NCBI RefSeq assembly: GCF_016433145.1
Contig: NC_058133.1
Location: 252,551,881-252,615,880 of the forward strand
Reading direction: 5' to 3'
Length of the DNA stretch: 64,000 bases
From: Gracilinanus agilis
Taxonomy: Eukaryota
Part shown: one piece after another, positions 52,001 to 62,700 of the stretch
Position numbering within the stretch: the first letter of the stretch is position 1
Layout: each line of letters opens with the position of its first letter
Notes under the pieces: model-generated
What the model was told of the DNA's origin: nothing
Databases searched by the model: none
What the model saw: the letters and a program-made list of their open reading frames with translations, nothing else
Position numbers and translations under genes: made by a program

Positions 52001-55000
52001 AACATTTCCCAACTATGTCTTGAATACAAAACCCATTCTTGGTTGGCTCAGGTTGCACAAAAACAAGCTCTACAAAAAATTTGGAAAACTGCTTGAGGAG
52101 TGGATTTCAATACTTTTTGAGACAATTTAGCTAGACCTTTACCCTACTTCTCAGTTTAATAGAGCTCTGACCTAATCATAGTGCTAAATACTTGTGAGTG
52201 ACGATCAGGTTTTGAGAATCCAGTCTTATTACGGGTCAAAAAAAAAAACACAAAAAACCCCCAGAAATTCCATGTCACACAAGCATAAATTTCTTTCTTT
52301 TTTTTTTTTAAACCCTTAACTTCTGTGTATTGGCTCAGGGGTGGTACGGGTGGGCAATGGGGGTCAAGTGACTTGCCCAGGGTCACACAGCTGGGAAGTG
52401 TCTGAGGCCGGATTTGAACCTAGGACCTCCAGTCTCTAGGCCTGGCTCTCAATCCACTGAGCTACCCAGCTGCCCCAAGCATAAATTTCTAATACCTACT
52501 ACCTTTAGACTGGGCCATGTAGATTAGGTATATGTCCTTGTATAAAGGCAAATCTACAGGCATCTCAGGATCATACAACTAAAGAAAATGCTGGAAGGAA
52601 CTTAAAGTGGTCATTTAATTCAGTCCTTTCATTTAATAGATGAGAATTGAGGCCAAGAGAAGTTATGTCATTTAGGTGCTCAGTGATGTTCCAGAAAAAA
52701 ACAATTCTATAATCAAATCAGTTATGCTTGGGAATGAATGAATCTTTTTTAATTCTGCAATTACAAAAGAGAGAGAAGCAGGTTGAAAATTACATTTAGA
52801 CTTTTCTTTCCAAAAAATAAGTTTCACAAAGAGGGTTTTATACCTTACACCAAAAGGGAACAAAATGTTATCAATTAATACAGTTTGCAGATTGCATAGG
52901 GGCCAAGAAGAGGGTATCTTCAAAGGAAAAGAAAATAAAAGTGTGGCTGTCTTTATTTCCTGGAACTGTTTCACATTCTTGCTATCATTATCAGCAAGAT
53001 CTTGCAGAGTTAGGACAAAGAACCTTTTAAGCTTAAAAATAATATTTTGAATTCCTACTGTTCAGTTGAGAATTCGAGCTCTTTATGTCTTCATTAGTGA
53101 AAAAGCCAACAGGCAACCTTGGACTCCAAACCTGGTGTATATTTTCTTCTACTGTACCATATGCTGCCTCTTTGAAATAACACTGATTCTCAGAATTCAC
53201 AGTTTTATGTATAATGAATTCATTTTCTTTTTTTGTTATGAACTTGACAAACATCAGACATGAGTATTTCCATATATGACAACCAGAGTCTTTATTATTT
53301 ACAGCTTGGTTTTTTTGGAAGTATATATTAAATTTGACCCAGCAGTCTTAGCACTATTCTGCCTGACTGGGTTCCCTTCTGAGCTTTCTTCTGCTCTCTT
53401 CTGTGTATGTTTTTAAATGCTTTACTGGCACTCTTTTCTTTCTTTTATTTTTTTGGCAAGGAATTAACTTCACAGAAAGTGATTTTGAGTTTGTCTCCTT
53501 TTCCCTGCTTACACCTTTAATGAAGGTCATGGACAAACCATAAACTATGTCATCCTGAACAAATAACACAATGTACCCTAAATCCATTGAAAAATGTTAA
53601 GGGGTGAAGCATGGCCTTGCCTTGAGGCCCCAATTCAGGAACTAAATCTGGAGAGATATATAAGTAAATAAAAGAAAATACCCATCAGTAGCAAAACTTG
53701 GGGCAAGTTAGGGAAGAGCCAAGATATTGAAGGTGGTAGGAAGCAGTGTGGTGGATTCTCATCCACAAACGTCTCCAAAAAGATCCAGAAAATGTACTAG
53801 TCTGAATCTTGATGAGGAAATCCAAAAAAGGCCATCATGAGACCTTTGTTCAGCCCAGATTGGCAAAGGGAGGCATATAAAGTCTTTGGACACTTGGGAT
53901 AGGTTCTGTCCAGGAACATGCAGCATGAGGAGCACTACAGCACCCAGAGAGTCTAACAGTGGTCTACTTTTGTACATAGCCAAAGAATTCAGAGACCTGC
54001 AGAGATTACACTCAGACCTGGATCAAACTATTCTGGGAGCACTAAAAGCTCACAGGTTCCCTAGTCTATCCCTGAGATCCTGGAATAACACAACACTCAA
54101 TACTCCAAGAATGATCCTGATTATCCCTCTAGAAGTGTTGCAAGAGCCCAGTCCTAACATCAAGTATGAAGTCAGAAAGTGGTCTGGAAGAATGAGTAAA
54201 CAAAACAAAACAAAACAAAAAAAACCCCACTTGTATTATGATAGGGATGCTTATAACAGAAAAAATGTCTCTACATCTATAAGCAAAATCTCAGAAAAAA
54301 AAAAAGCACAGGAACAAAACTCAAGTAAAATTCCTAGAAGAGATGAAGCAAGCGAGAGTTTTTAAAATGTTTTTATAAATGGAATGAGGAAAATACTGGA
54401 AAAGAAATGTGAATTACAGAAGAAAGGCTTGGAATTAATAGGGCCTGGCATACAAAATTCAAAACTTTGCTCAAGCAATAAACTCCTTGAAAATTAGAAT
54501 GGACTAAATAGAAGATAATACTTCCATGAAACAACAGGAAATATTAAAACAAAGTTAAAGAGCTGAAAAAATAGAACTGTAAGAATATCTCATATCAAAA
54601 ATAACCTCCTGAAAGAAATGCCCAAATGAAAAACTCCCAGAAATGTCATAGTCAAAAAATCCAGACACACACATGTCTGATGTTTGTCAAATTCATTATT
54701 ATTGTCAACTCTATTCAAAACTTGCCTTAAGGGAAGTCCCAGACTGACCTTGTCTCTGATTGGACAATAAACCTTAAAGTACTTAATGATCCCAGTTTGG
54801 GTGGAATAATTAAATCTTAAATACCTTTTTTAGAAGTCCTTTCCCAGGTAGCCCAGCCCCTGGCTGGCATCTTCATTTTGAATCCATTGTAAAACATCAG
54901 ACTCTCCCTGACAATCCAGCCCTGAACTCCTCATTACCTTGTGGCCACTGTAAAGCTAATCAATCATACCTGCCAGTCTTTAATTCCCCAAAAGACATAC

Positions 55001-58000
55001 AAGACCCTATGCTCTAGTATTCTTTGGAAAATCATCTTTGTGGGTGAATTTTCCCAGAGACACTGTTACCAGAATCCCAGAGCTCTGGCTCTGTGTGGTA
55101 TTAAGTGCTTGAATCTGTGTGTCGGCCAAATATTGAACACCGTATCTAGCACTGACTAAAGATTTGGTCTTGCTGACTACTTTAATGGTTTTGTGTTTTT
55201 CCAAGTTGACACTATTAAGAAGCAGAGAACTACAAACACAATTTTCCAGAAGCCAAATTTATCTCACAAAACTGAGTAAAATATTATAAGGGGGTGTCAA
55301 CATGGAATCTAGAAGCTCCCAAACTTGTAGCCTAGAAAGATTTAATGAACCCCAGTTTAGTTAGCTTAAAGGTGAAAGCCCCAGGTTTGACCTTGTCATA
55401 TGAGAGTTTCTCCCTGAGGGAAGAGTCCAACTTCACTAGTCTCAGACTAACAAAAAGACCTTATTTTGAGTTTGTGTGGAGATGATCATTCCCATCAGGG
55501 CCAAGCCCAAGCAGAGTAACCCTTTGGAGCAGTAGGCAGCGCTTCAGTCTCATAAACTGAAGGTTCCGAGTTCAGTCCTCGAAAGGATGATGTGATATAT
55601 AATGAGAGAGTCTTCTGGAGACAAGAAGAATCACTCCACTTGGGAACCCCAATTTTGCCCCTGTCCCCTAAAAACTCACCCAGGAGAGAAGTCCCAGACT
55701 CACCCATTTCAGACTGAACAATACACTAGCCTTTCCTGATAAACCTATCTGGACTTATCATTTCCTCCTTATAGCCAGGATAAAGCCAATCAATCATTCT
55801 TCCCTGTCCTTAGTTCCCCAAAAAGTATAAGATCCTCCAGTTCTATTATTCTTTGGAGAATCTTTCTAGCAGGTTGATCCTTCCAGAGACACTGTCCCCA
55901 GAGGACAGTTTTGATTCTGTGTAGTGCTTGGCTCTGTGTAGGCGGCCAATTATTATGGACTTATCTCTTTCCTAATTAAAGACTTGGTTTTTAGACACTT
56001 CCCAGCTGTGTGACCCTGGGCAAGTCACTTGACTCCCATTGCCTACCCTTACCACTCTCCTGCCTTGGAGCCAATACACAATATTGACTCCAAAACGGAA
56101 GGTAAGGGTTTAAAATTTTAAAATATTAAAAAATTTTAAAAAATTAATAAAATAAAGACTTGGTTTTTATGACTACATTGGTAGTTCTGTGCTTTTCCAA
56201 GTTGACACAAAGAAGAGAGGATGGGACTGGGCAGGAGTGATTGAGGATTCTCAACTGAACTTTCTTTTTTCAAAAGAACATTCCATGTAAACTGGAATGA
56301 CCTCCAGGAATTGATGCAGAGTGAAAAGAGCAGAGCTAGAAGAACATTGTACACAGAGACTGATACACTGTGGTAAAATCGAATGTAATGGACTTCTGTA
56401 CTAGCAGCAATGCAATGACCCAGGACAATTCTGAGGGATTTATGGAAAAGAATCCCACATTCAGAGGAAGAACTACAGGAGTGGCAACACAGAAGAAAAA
56501 CAACTGTTTGAATACATGGGTTTATGTGGACATGATTGGGGATGGAAAGTACCACACCAATGCAACTATCAATAACATGGAAATAGGTCTTGATAGATGA
56601 TACATGTTAAAACTAGTGGAAATACGCGTCAGCTATGGAGGGGAGGGGTGAAGGGGAAAGTAAGAACATGAATCATGTAACCATGGAAAATTTTTCTAAA
56701 AAATAAAAAAAGAATAATAATTTTAAAAAAAGAAAACAAAAAAAATCAAAAGAACAAAAAACACACAGGCACAGAAATGGAGATAGGGGATTATGGGAAG
56801 GGAAGATTAAGAAAGGGATTAGTTCTAAGTAAAACAAAGTCTAAGGATGTCTTTGCCTCTTTTTTGTATCCTCAGTGGCTAGCACAGTACGTAGATCACA
56901 GTAGGCATTTAATAGATGATTACTGATTGAATGGATATACAAAAATATTAATATTTTTTGATAGCAAAGAATAGGATTCTGCCAGGGGAGGCCCAAAAAT
57001 TGAGGAAATAAATGAACAAGACATTAAATAAATATGATTGAAAACTACTGTGCTGAAATCGTAAGAGATCTTAGTATACAATATTACAAATGGTAAAAGA
57101 TTTATGACAAAAAAAATAACTAACTACCCAAGCTAAGAATAATCTTTCAGGGAAAAGAATAGATCCTGAATGGAATAAAGGACTTAGAAAGATTTCAAAT
57201 GAAAAGACCAGAGTTGAATAGGACTTTTAAAATACAAACACGAGTCCAGAGAAATCTAGGAAAGTAAATTTATTTTAGCAATTGGAATGAGTTGTATGTT
57301 TTCTAATAACTGGACTGCTTGAGAAGCAGAGTACACAAACACAGAAAAAGAGGTAAAGGAAGTGGGCATCAGATAACTCACTCTTATCCGAAATGAGCAA
57401 AGTGTTGAACACACACATGAGTTTGATGAAGGAAGACATCAAACTCAAAAGAGAACAGGGGAAAGGGATGAGGGGTTAAGAAAAGGAGGATATCACTAGG
57501 GAGAAATAATCACAAGCAAAACAAACTTCTAGATGCTAAAAGAGAATTTAAAAAAGATAAGCCAAGAATCAGAAAAGAATGAGGTATTTTACATTGTCTA
57601 TGGCATGTAAATATATTTTAATATTATTGTGCCATAAAAAATAGCAAAAGATCATGCCAAAGAATTCTGGGTAGCACGAATTGATAGAGAAATGTGCAGA
57701 ACCATAAGAACAATTTAGATAATGACATTTTAAAGAAAACTAACTTTGAAAGACCTAAATACTTCTGTTTAAATTAGTGACTATGTCTTCAGAAAACCTA
57801 TGATGAAACATGTTATACACTTCCCAGTAGAGAAGTGATGGACACAAGGTTCAGAGACACATATTTTTGAAAATTATGTGAATTTGTTTTGCTTAGCTAT
57901 ACTTATTTATAAGTATTTTTTTCCACCTTTCTTTTTTTTTTTTAGTTAATTGAGGAGTAAGGGAGAAAGGTAAAAGGTGTGAAAGGAAATTCTTGGTTCT

Positions 58001-59707
58001 CTTTGTCTAGTCTGAGTTTACACTTGTGAAAAGGGAATCCTTTAATTCTCTTTGCCTAGTTGGAGATAAAACTTTGGTTAACAATAACTTAAGTACCCCT
58101 ACTTAGTACCTCACTAGATTGTGAAGACAGGATTAACTCTCCTTTGTCTAACTTTTGATTGAATCAACAAAAGCTTGACTAGGTGGAGGAGCTTGCAAAC
58201 CACTTAAGAGAATTCACACCCTCTTCAGAAATTCAATCAGTCAGGAATCTGTGAACCCTTTTTATGAGAATTACCCCTCCAGAAGGTGAGATGTGGATCC
58301 CACAGACACTGTTCCCCTCCCCCCCCCAAGCAATTTGGAAACTGTGATTGGTCCCTGTGAAGAGGGGAAGGGACAAGAAGCCACCATAAAAGGTCCTACA
58401 TTTCTGGGGCTAGAAGTCAGTCAGCTTCAAGAAGTCAGCTTCAAGAAGAAAGTCGGCCTCAGGAGTCATTTGCAGCTCAAGTCATTGTCTTGACCTACCT
58501 CTTGGAGGGAACTTAGGAGAAAGGACAGAAAGGCTGTCCTTTCCTGTCTTCTGGAGAGAGTTTAATCCTGGTTGAAGGTCAACAAGTCCTGGCTGAGTCA
58601 AGCACCAAAGCAATATTTAAGATAGATAGGTTAAATGTCTTCTCTACCTTTCTGTATTTCTCCACTTTCATTCTTTCTACCTCTTTTTTTTTTAAACCCT
58701 TACCTTCCATCTTGGAGTCAATACTGTGTTTTGGCTCCAAGGCAGAAGAGTGGTAAGGGCTAGGCAATGGGGGTTAAGTGACTTACCCAAAGTCACACAG
58801 CTGGGAAGGCCAGATTTGAACCTAGGACCTCCCCTCTCTAAACCTGGCTCTCAATCCACTGAGCTACTCAGCTGCCCCCTCTTTCCACCTCTTTTGTAAA
58901 TAAAAGCTATTAAAAGTCATTTTGACTTAAGCAATAATACTTTAAATTGGCAACTACCATATTATTTATAACCATATATTTTAGTCAAAACACGAAAATT
59001 TAGTTCCTACAGAGGGAAGGGCTGGTAATAACAATACCAAAAATAAGGGCTATTTAATTGTTTTTAGAAATGCACAAAAGTGGGGACAATAGGTGGCACA
59101 GTGGATAGAGCACCAGGCCTGGAATTGGGAAGACTTGGATTCAAATGTAGCCTCAGAAAATTCCTAGCTGTATAACCCTGAGCAAGTCATTTAACTCTAT
59201 TTGTCTAGGGTTTTTTCCCTTCTGTCTTAGAATTGTTACTAAGACAGGAAGTAAGATGTGTTTTATTGTTGTTTTTAAAGCATAAAAGAGAAGAAAGTCT
59301 ATAAGAAGCATGGCCAAGCAAGGCAGTTTTGAAAGCAACATGCAGATTTCAGTTTTTTAAAGCAAGTAGTTTGAAATGGAGACTCACGGTTTCATATTAA
59401 ATCATCTTTTTGTATTGAGCTTTATGCATGGAAATGCTTTTGTTGTTTTTTAAATTCAGAAATAAAAAAATTGTTCTCCTGCCCCCAAAAAAGACAAGAA
59501 AATATTAACCAAAAGGAAAAAAAGAGTCATAAGTCCAGAAACACAGAAACCCTTTGTAATAGGCTTCAGGTAAAACCAAGGCCTTCTAACAAACTTATCT
59601 GTGGGCACCTCACCTCATTTCCACGAGATTGGAGAAACATCACTTCAGGCTCCGTAAAGGTTGTCATGGAGATGGATTTGACTCGGTGAGGGGGATTTAG
59701 GCCTCTC
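28039..59707 (-). CDS. AGFG2: ArfGAP with FG repeats 2 (HRB-like), exons 2-12; 5'-partial, exon 1 outside the window
   Basis: Exons 59707-59614, 51341-51226, 49942-49795, 48299-48161, 39522-39397, 30491-30371, 30115-30021, 29836-29753, 28964-28839, 28514-28429, 28098-28039; all GT-AG and phase-consistent. Motifs RGLNPPHRVKSISMTTFTEPEV, VCRKIWLGLFD..DSRDPQKVKEFLQEKYEKKRW, KKASTDLLADIGGDPFA, GGFANFDAF, four TNPF (NPF) motifs; ends TNPFL*. Confidence 0.96.
31130..31330 (+). mobile_element. SINE1-type SINE, diverged
   Basis: Head, core and tail recognisable; ends in poly-A. Confidence 0.75.
31382..31570. mobile_element. hAT/Charlie-type MITE remnant
   Basis: Ends cagaacttcttaacct..ggattaagaaac resemble degenerate hAT terminal inverted repeats. 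Confidence 0.45.
31715..31990 (+). mobile_element. hAT (Charlie-like) DNA transposon left end, truncated
   Basis: Starts CAGGGATCTGCAACCT, a hAT-type terminus; no right TIR found. Confidence 0.55.
33399..33599 (-). mobile_element. SINE1-type SINE
   Basis: Full-length core and poly-T end. Confidence 0.85.
34276..35471. mobile_element. hAT (MER58/Cheshire-like) DNA transposon with a nested SINE
   Basis: Left TIR CAGGGGTTGGCAAAC; degenerate right TIR ..agcttgcccattccta; 8-bp TSD aattagat (34268-34275) / aattaaat (35472-35479). Confidence 0.7.
35147..35345 (+). mobile_element. SINE1 (Monodelphis-type), young
   Basis: ggggcagctgggtggctcagtggattg.. full-length copy. Confidence 0.9.
36996..37199 (+). 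mobile_element. SINE1, young, with 11-bp TSD
   Basis: TSD TCTGAGGGCTG at 36985-36995 and 37200-37210. Confidence 0.92.
37485..37682 (-). mobile_element. SINE1-type SINE
   Basis: Full core on the minus strand. Confidence 0.85.
39655..39842 (+). mobile_element. SINE1-type SINE, diverged
   Basis: ggaggtcctgggttcaaat..ccaatacacagtattgatt. Confidence 0.75.
40331..40560 (+). mobile_element. MAR1-type CORE-SINE with RTE-derived tail
   Basis: CORE followed by ctggagaaagaaatggc..aagagtcagtcacaaccg..actgaacaacaa. Confidence 0.8.
40775..40975 (-). mobile_element. SINE1-type SINE
   Basis: Full core on the minus strand. Confidence 0.85.
41432..42087 (+). mobile_element. L1 3' fragment (ORF2 end + 3' UTR + poly-A)
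   Basis: ggaatactattgtgctataagg..atgcagagtgaaataagcagaaccaggagaacatt; A-tail near 42074. Confidence 0.85.
42305..42480 (+). mobile_element. SINE1-type SINE
   Basis: Head and tail recognisable. Confidence 0.75.
42490..43240 (+). mobile_element. L1 3' fragment
   Basis: ORF2 C-terminal remnants (MVQPFWRAIWNYAQRA..; ILIATLFVVAKNWK), 3' UTR and AATAAA. Confidence 0.88.
44019..44208 (-). mobile_element. Young SINE with 13-bp TSD
   Basis: TSD CAATCAAGCTTTT at 44006-44018 and 44210-44222. Confidence 0.9.
44758..45410 (+). mobile_element. Solo ERV LTR inserted in an L2
   Basis: Starts TGTGAAAGGGAAT; TATA-like tatataag near 44950; AATAAA near 45267; flanked by CTTC (44754-44757, 45411-45414). Confidence 0.65.
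45919..46291. mobile_element. Tc1/mariner (Tigger-like) MITE
   Basis: TA TSDs at 45917-45918 and 46292-46293; imperfect TIRs CAGTCGTCCCTCGCTATATC / GATAGGTGAGAGATCACTG. Confidence 0.75.
50735..50854 (-). mobile_element. 5'-truncated SINE with 15-bp TSD
   Basis: TSD CAGGCTTCATTTGGT at 50720-50734 and 50855-50869. Confidence 0.88.
52295..52476 (-). mobile_element. Young SINE with 14-bp TSD
   Basis: TSD AAGCATAAATTTCT at 52281-52294 and 52477-52490. Confidence 0.92.
53900..54670 (+). mobile_element. Decayed L1 5'/ORF1 region
   Basis: A-rich, with ORF1-like ends (cccagaaatgtcatagtcaaa). Confidence 0.5.
54703..55211 (+). mobile_element. Solo LTR (TGTCAAC...GTTGACA family), copy 1
   Basis: 7-bp terminal inverted repeat; 3' end similar to copy 2. 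Confidence 0.55.
55295..56207 (+). mobile_element. Solo LTR (TGTCAAC...GTTGACA family), copy 2, interrupted by a truncated SINE at 55994-56152
   Basis: Terminal inverted repeat; the SINE is flanked by a 17-bp TSD TAAAGACTTGGTTTTTA at 55977-55993 and 56153-56169. Confidence 0.65.
56272..56760 (+). mobile_element. L1 3' UTR fragment
   Basis: Same 3' motifs as 42800-43240; A-rich tail. Confidence 0.85.
57978..59011 (+). mobile_element. ERV LTR (TG...CA) with a nested SINE at 58688-58879
   Basis: TGTGAAA starts at 57978 and 58025, AATAAA near 58900, ends CCTACA. The SINE is flanked by a near-perfect 16-bp TSD (tctttctacctctttt / tctttccacctctttt). Confidence 0.6.
59082..59255 (+). mobile_element. 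CORE-SINE, older
   Basis: ggggacaataggtggcacagtggatagagcacc.. head and core. Confidence 0.75.
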
Positions 59708-62700
59708 CTATATGAAGAAAAGCAAGAGAAGTATACTGTGGTTAACACTACTTATTGGGAGAGGAGGGAGGAAAGGGTAAAAATGTTCATTAACGAAGGA
59801 AAGGAAGGAGGGAAGGAAGGAGGAAGATTCGGAAAACTTCTAGTGAGAGCCAGGAAGAAGTTTAGAAAAAGAATAGCCAAGAACATCTGTAAGTCTGTCC
59901 CACCAAAGAGGATAAAGAGAATCTACTTATCCCTTTTGCCAACATTCCAGCTGATCTATTGATAAATTGGTAAGCTCTGGTTGGTAAGAAGTTGGTAAAC
60001 TATGGAATACTTCTGGGAACTTGAACAACCAACTTCCATTTTCCTAATCTGAAGTAAAACCTAGAGGGCCAAGGCATATTCCAATGGCAGTATGGTCCTG
60101 CTCATGAAATAGCTGATATGGCAACAAACATGGAAGCTTATAGGGCTTTTCCCTGCCCTTCCCCAATTTCTACTTTCCCCAGTCCTCACAGTAAGCAGGT
60201 AGTCTTTTGCCAGCCTCCTTCATTACTAGATCTTACTATGAAGCACGAGGGAACCAATTCTAAGCCAACAAGATCTAAAAGTCTTTAGAGGCCTATAGGA
60301 AACTAGAACCATGATTTTAGCTGACATGCTTGCATAACTGCTGTGTGCTGTTTACTCCCTGGGAGTTGAACTATGGTCAAAGGAGCCCTGTGGTGACCAC
60401 ATGGCTGATGGGATGGTATTTTCTCAAGGACACAAAACCAGTTCTCCTAGGGGGAAGTGCTCTAACAGGAAAGACACAGGAGTTCTCTCACACCCTCCTA
60501 CAAGTCTTATTTTAAAACTGTTAGCCTGATAATACATTAGAAAAAAACTAGTCCCTAAGGGCAAAGAATGGACTATTACTTTCTTTAGAGTAAAAGAAAA
60601 TTTTCTTCTATTTTACTCCCAGAGCATAGAGGTGACTGAGAATCTCAGATGATAGAATGTAAAAAAAAAAAAAAAAAGAAAAAAAAAAGGTTTTGAATCC
60701 CAAAAAACCTGGCCAAACTAAAGAACAGACATGCAATCAATTCCCCTTCCTTACATAAGGAACACCCCACATATGGTCAAGTCTATACTGATGTGCAAAT
60801 GAGAAAATATTTAACTAATATGATCGATACAATAATCCACAATAAGAAAGGGCTCAGGAGAACTCAGGCTTCCAAAGAACTGATGAACTCTGGAGAGCAG
60901 ATAGAAGCATGCTATTTTTTATCATTTTATTTGTGGTTTTCTTGTCTTTTTTTTAACAACATAGTTAATACAGAAATATGTTTTGCATCACTTCATCATA
61001 GATGTGTGGTTGTGAAAATAAAAGATAAGTAATAAGTGAAAAAAAAAAAGGACTGTGTTGATATGGTAGTTAGCTGGCTGAACTGCATTTTCCTCCCCAA
61101 CTTGTTTTAAGAGATGGCTCTCTAGATGGGGGAAAATATTGGAAAATAAAAATGATTCAATAGCAAAATATATAATAGAAATAAAAATGAGGAAAAATTT
61201 GGTCAAATCAAGATTTTTAATAAAGAAATTAACTATACTAATTCATAGTTAATGTTCCTTGCAAGACAAAGGGAGGGGGAGAAAAAATGGACTTTTATAT
61301 GTTTTTTTAAAACATATTTATTAAGAAATCTAAAATCACTTTTAGTAAAGCAAGTAAAATGAAAGAGATTCAGTTTCATATAAAATCCTCTTGGATTTTC
61401 CTGAATTCAAGGGAATCCTTGGATACATTAGTTTCCAAAATGGAAACTAAAATTTCACAAAAGAGGGAGATAGGGAAATATACACAGAGAAAAAAGGTGT
61501 CATTGCCAACTTTGGAAAAACAGCACTGTTTATGAATGTAAGTGAAGGTTGTGGGGGCGGGAGAACAGATGACATAGAACAGAGTGAACACAGAAGGACT
61601 AGACAAATAATTGTTGCTTTCTTTCCTGGGATTCTGCCCCAATGGACAGGTGCTAACTGAGGAGAACAGATCTATGGTTGCTGGTTAGGGTTACAGCAGT
61701 TCAGTTATGGTATAGAACTACCTAAAAACGTAAAGCTCAGGCTTCCAAGAGAAAGTTCTCAAACAAAAAAGTTTCTCCAGGAAAGGCAGGAGTCAGCAGA
61801 GAAACTGGCTTTTTGGGATACTGAGAAGCCATGATTCTTTACTTTCACTGTAATATCTGACCTGCCTCAGATATGCTGAGGTCCATAGATCATATTTCAG
61901 GAATGCTCTAGTTTCCTCTTCTCTGGTCACCTGGGTGGTAAGAAATTGTTTCTAAGTAGCATGGCCCCCAGGTTTTTTTTTTCCTTGCTTTATCTTTTCA
62001 TCAAGTCTTTTCCTCTCAAGAATGGAAAGAATGCTGGACTTGGAAGTCAGGAGGGGTCAAATCCTGCCTTGGATACTTGCCAGAAAGATAAGAATGGAAC
62101 TAGTAACACTTGTAGAATCTAGCTCACCATGTTACTTGTAAATGTTAAGCCTTAGAGCTGACATGTCAACTTTTATTATGGTTATTTTGGTCATGATTTT
62201 TTTCCTTAGACTAGAGTGAAGCTCAACAGAAATGTTCCAAAATTCAGTAGAGGTTACTTCTTAACCTTATGACTTAATCTACTTTTAAAGCTTCATCCTT
62301 TTTCCCAGGGTCCCTCCCTTGTATTTTACCTTTTACCCTTCATTTAACAACGATCTGATTGCCTACTGCCTATGAGGCTTTGTGCTAGGTGGAAAGAAAA
62401 ATACACAAATGCATTAAGACTGGCTCTTTAGGAGTTTATAAGAAGGAAGCTCCAGAAGTCCATCTGAACCATGGCACTATTGGGTTAGGCAGTGAAAGCT
62501 TGTCCTGAATATGATTCTAATTTCCACATGGGAGGGAGGAGGGGCAGGACACTAAGGGGAAGAAGGAAGAGAAATATAAAGTAAAAAAATTTTTTTTTAG
62601 ATTTTCTGCTTTCTTAGCATTAACAAACATATCACAGAGAAGTTACTGGTATGGACAATATGGGGCTACTGACAGTCTGGCAGAGCAAGGAAATGTATTT

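Noticed and set aside
53886-54365. 159-aa ORF
   Set aside because: It lies in decayed L1 sequence, with no splice context or domain motif.
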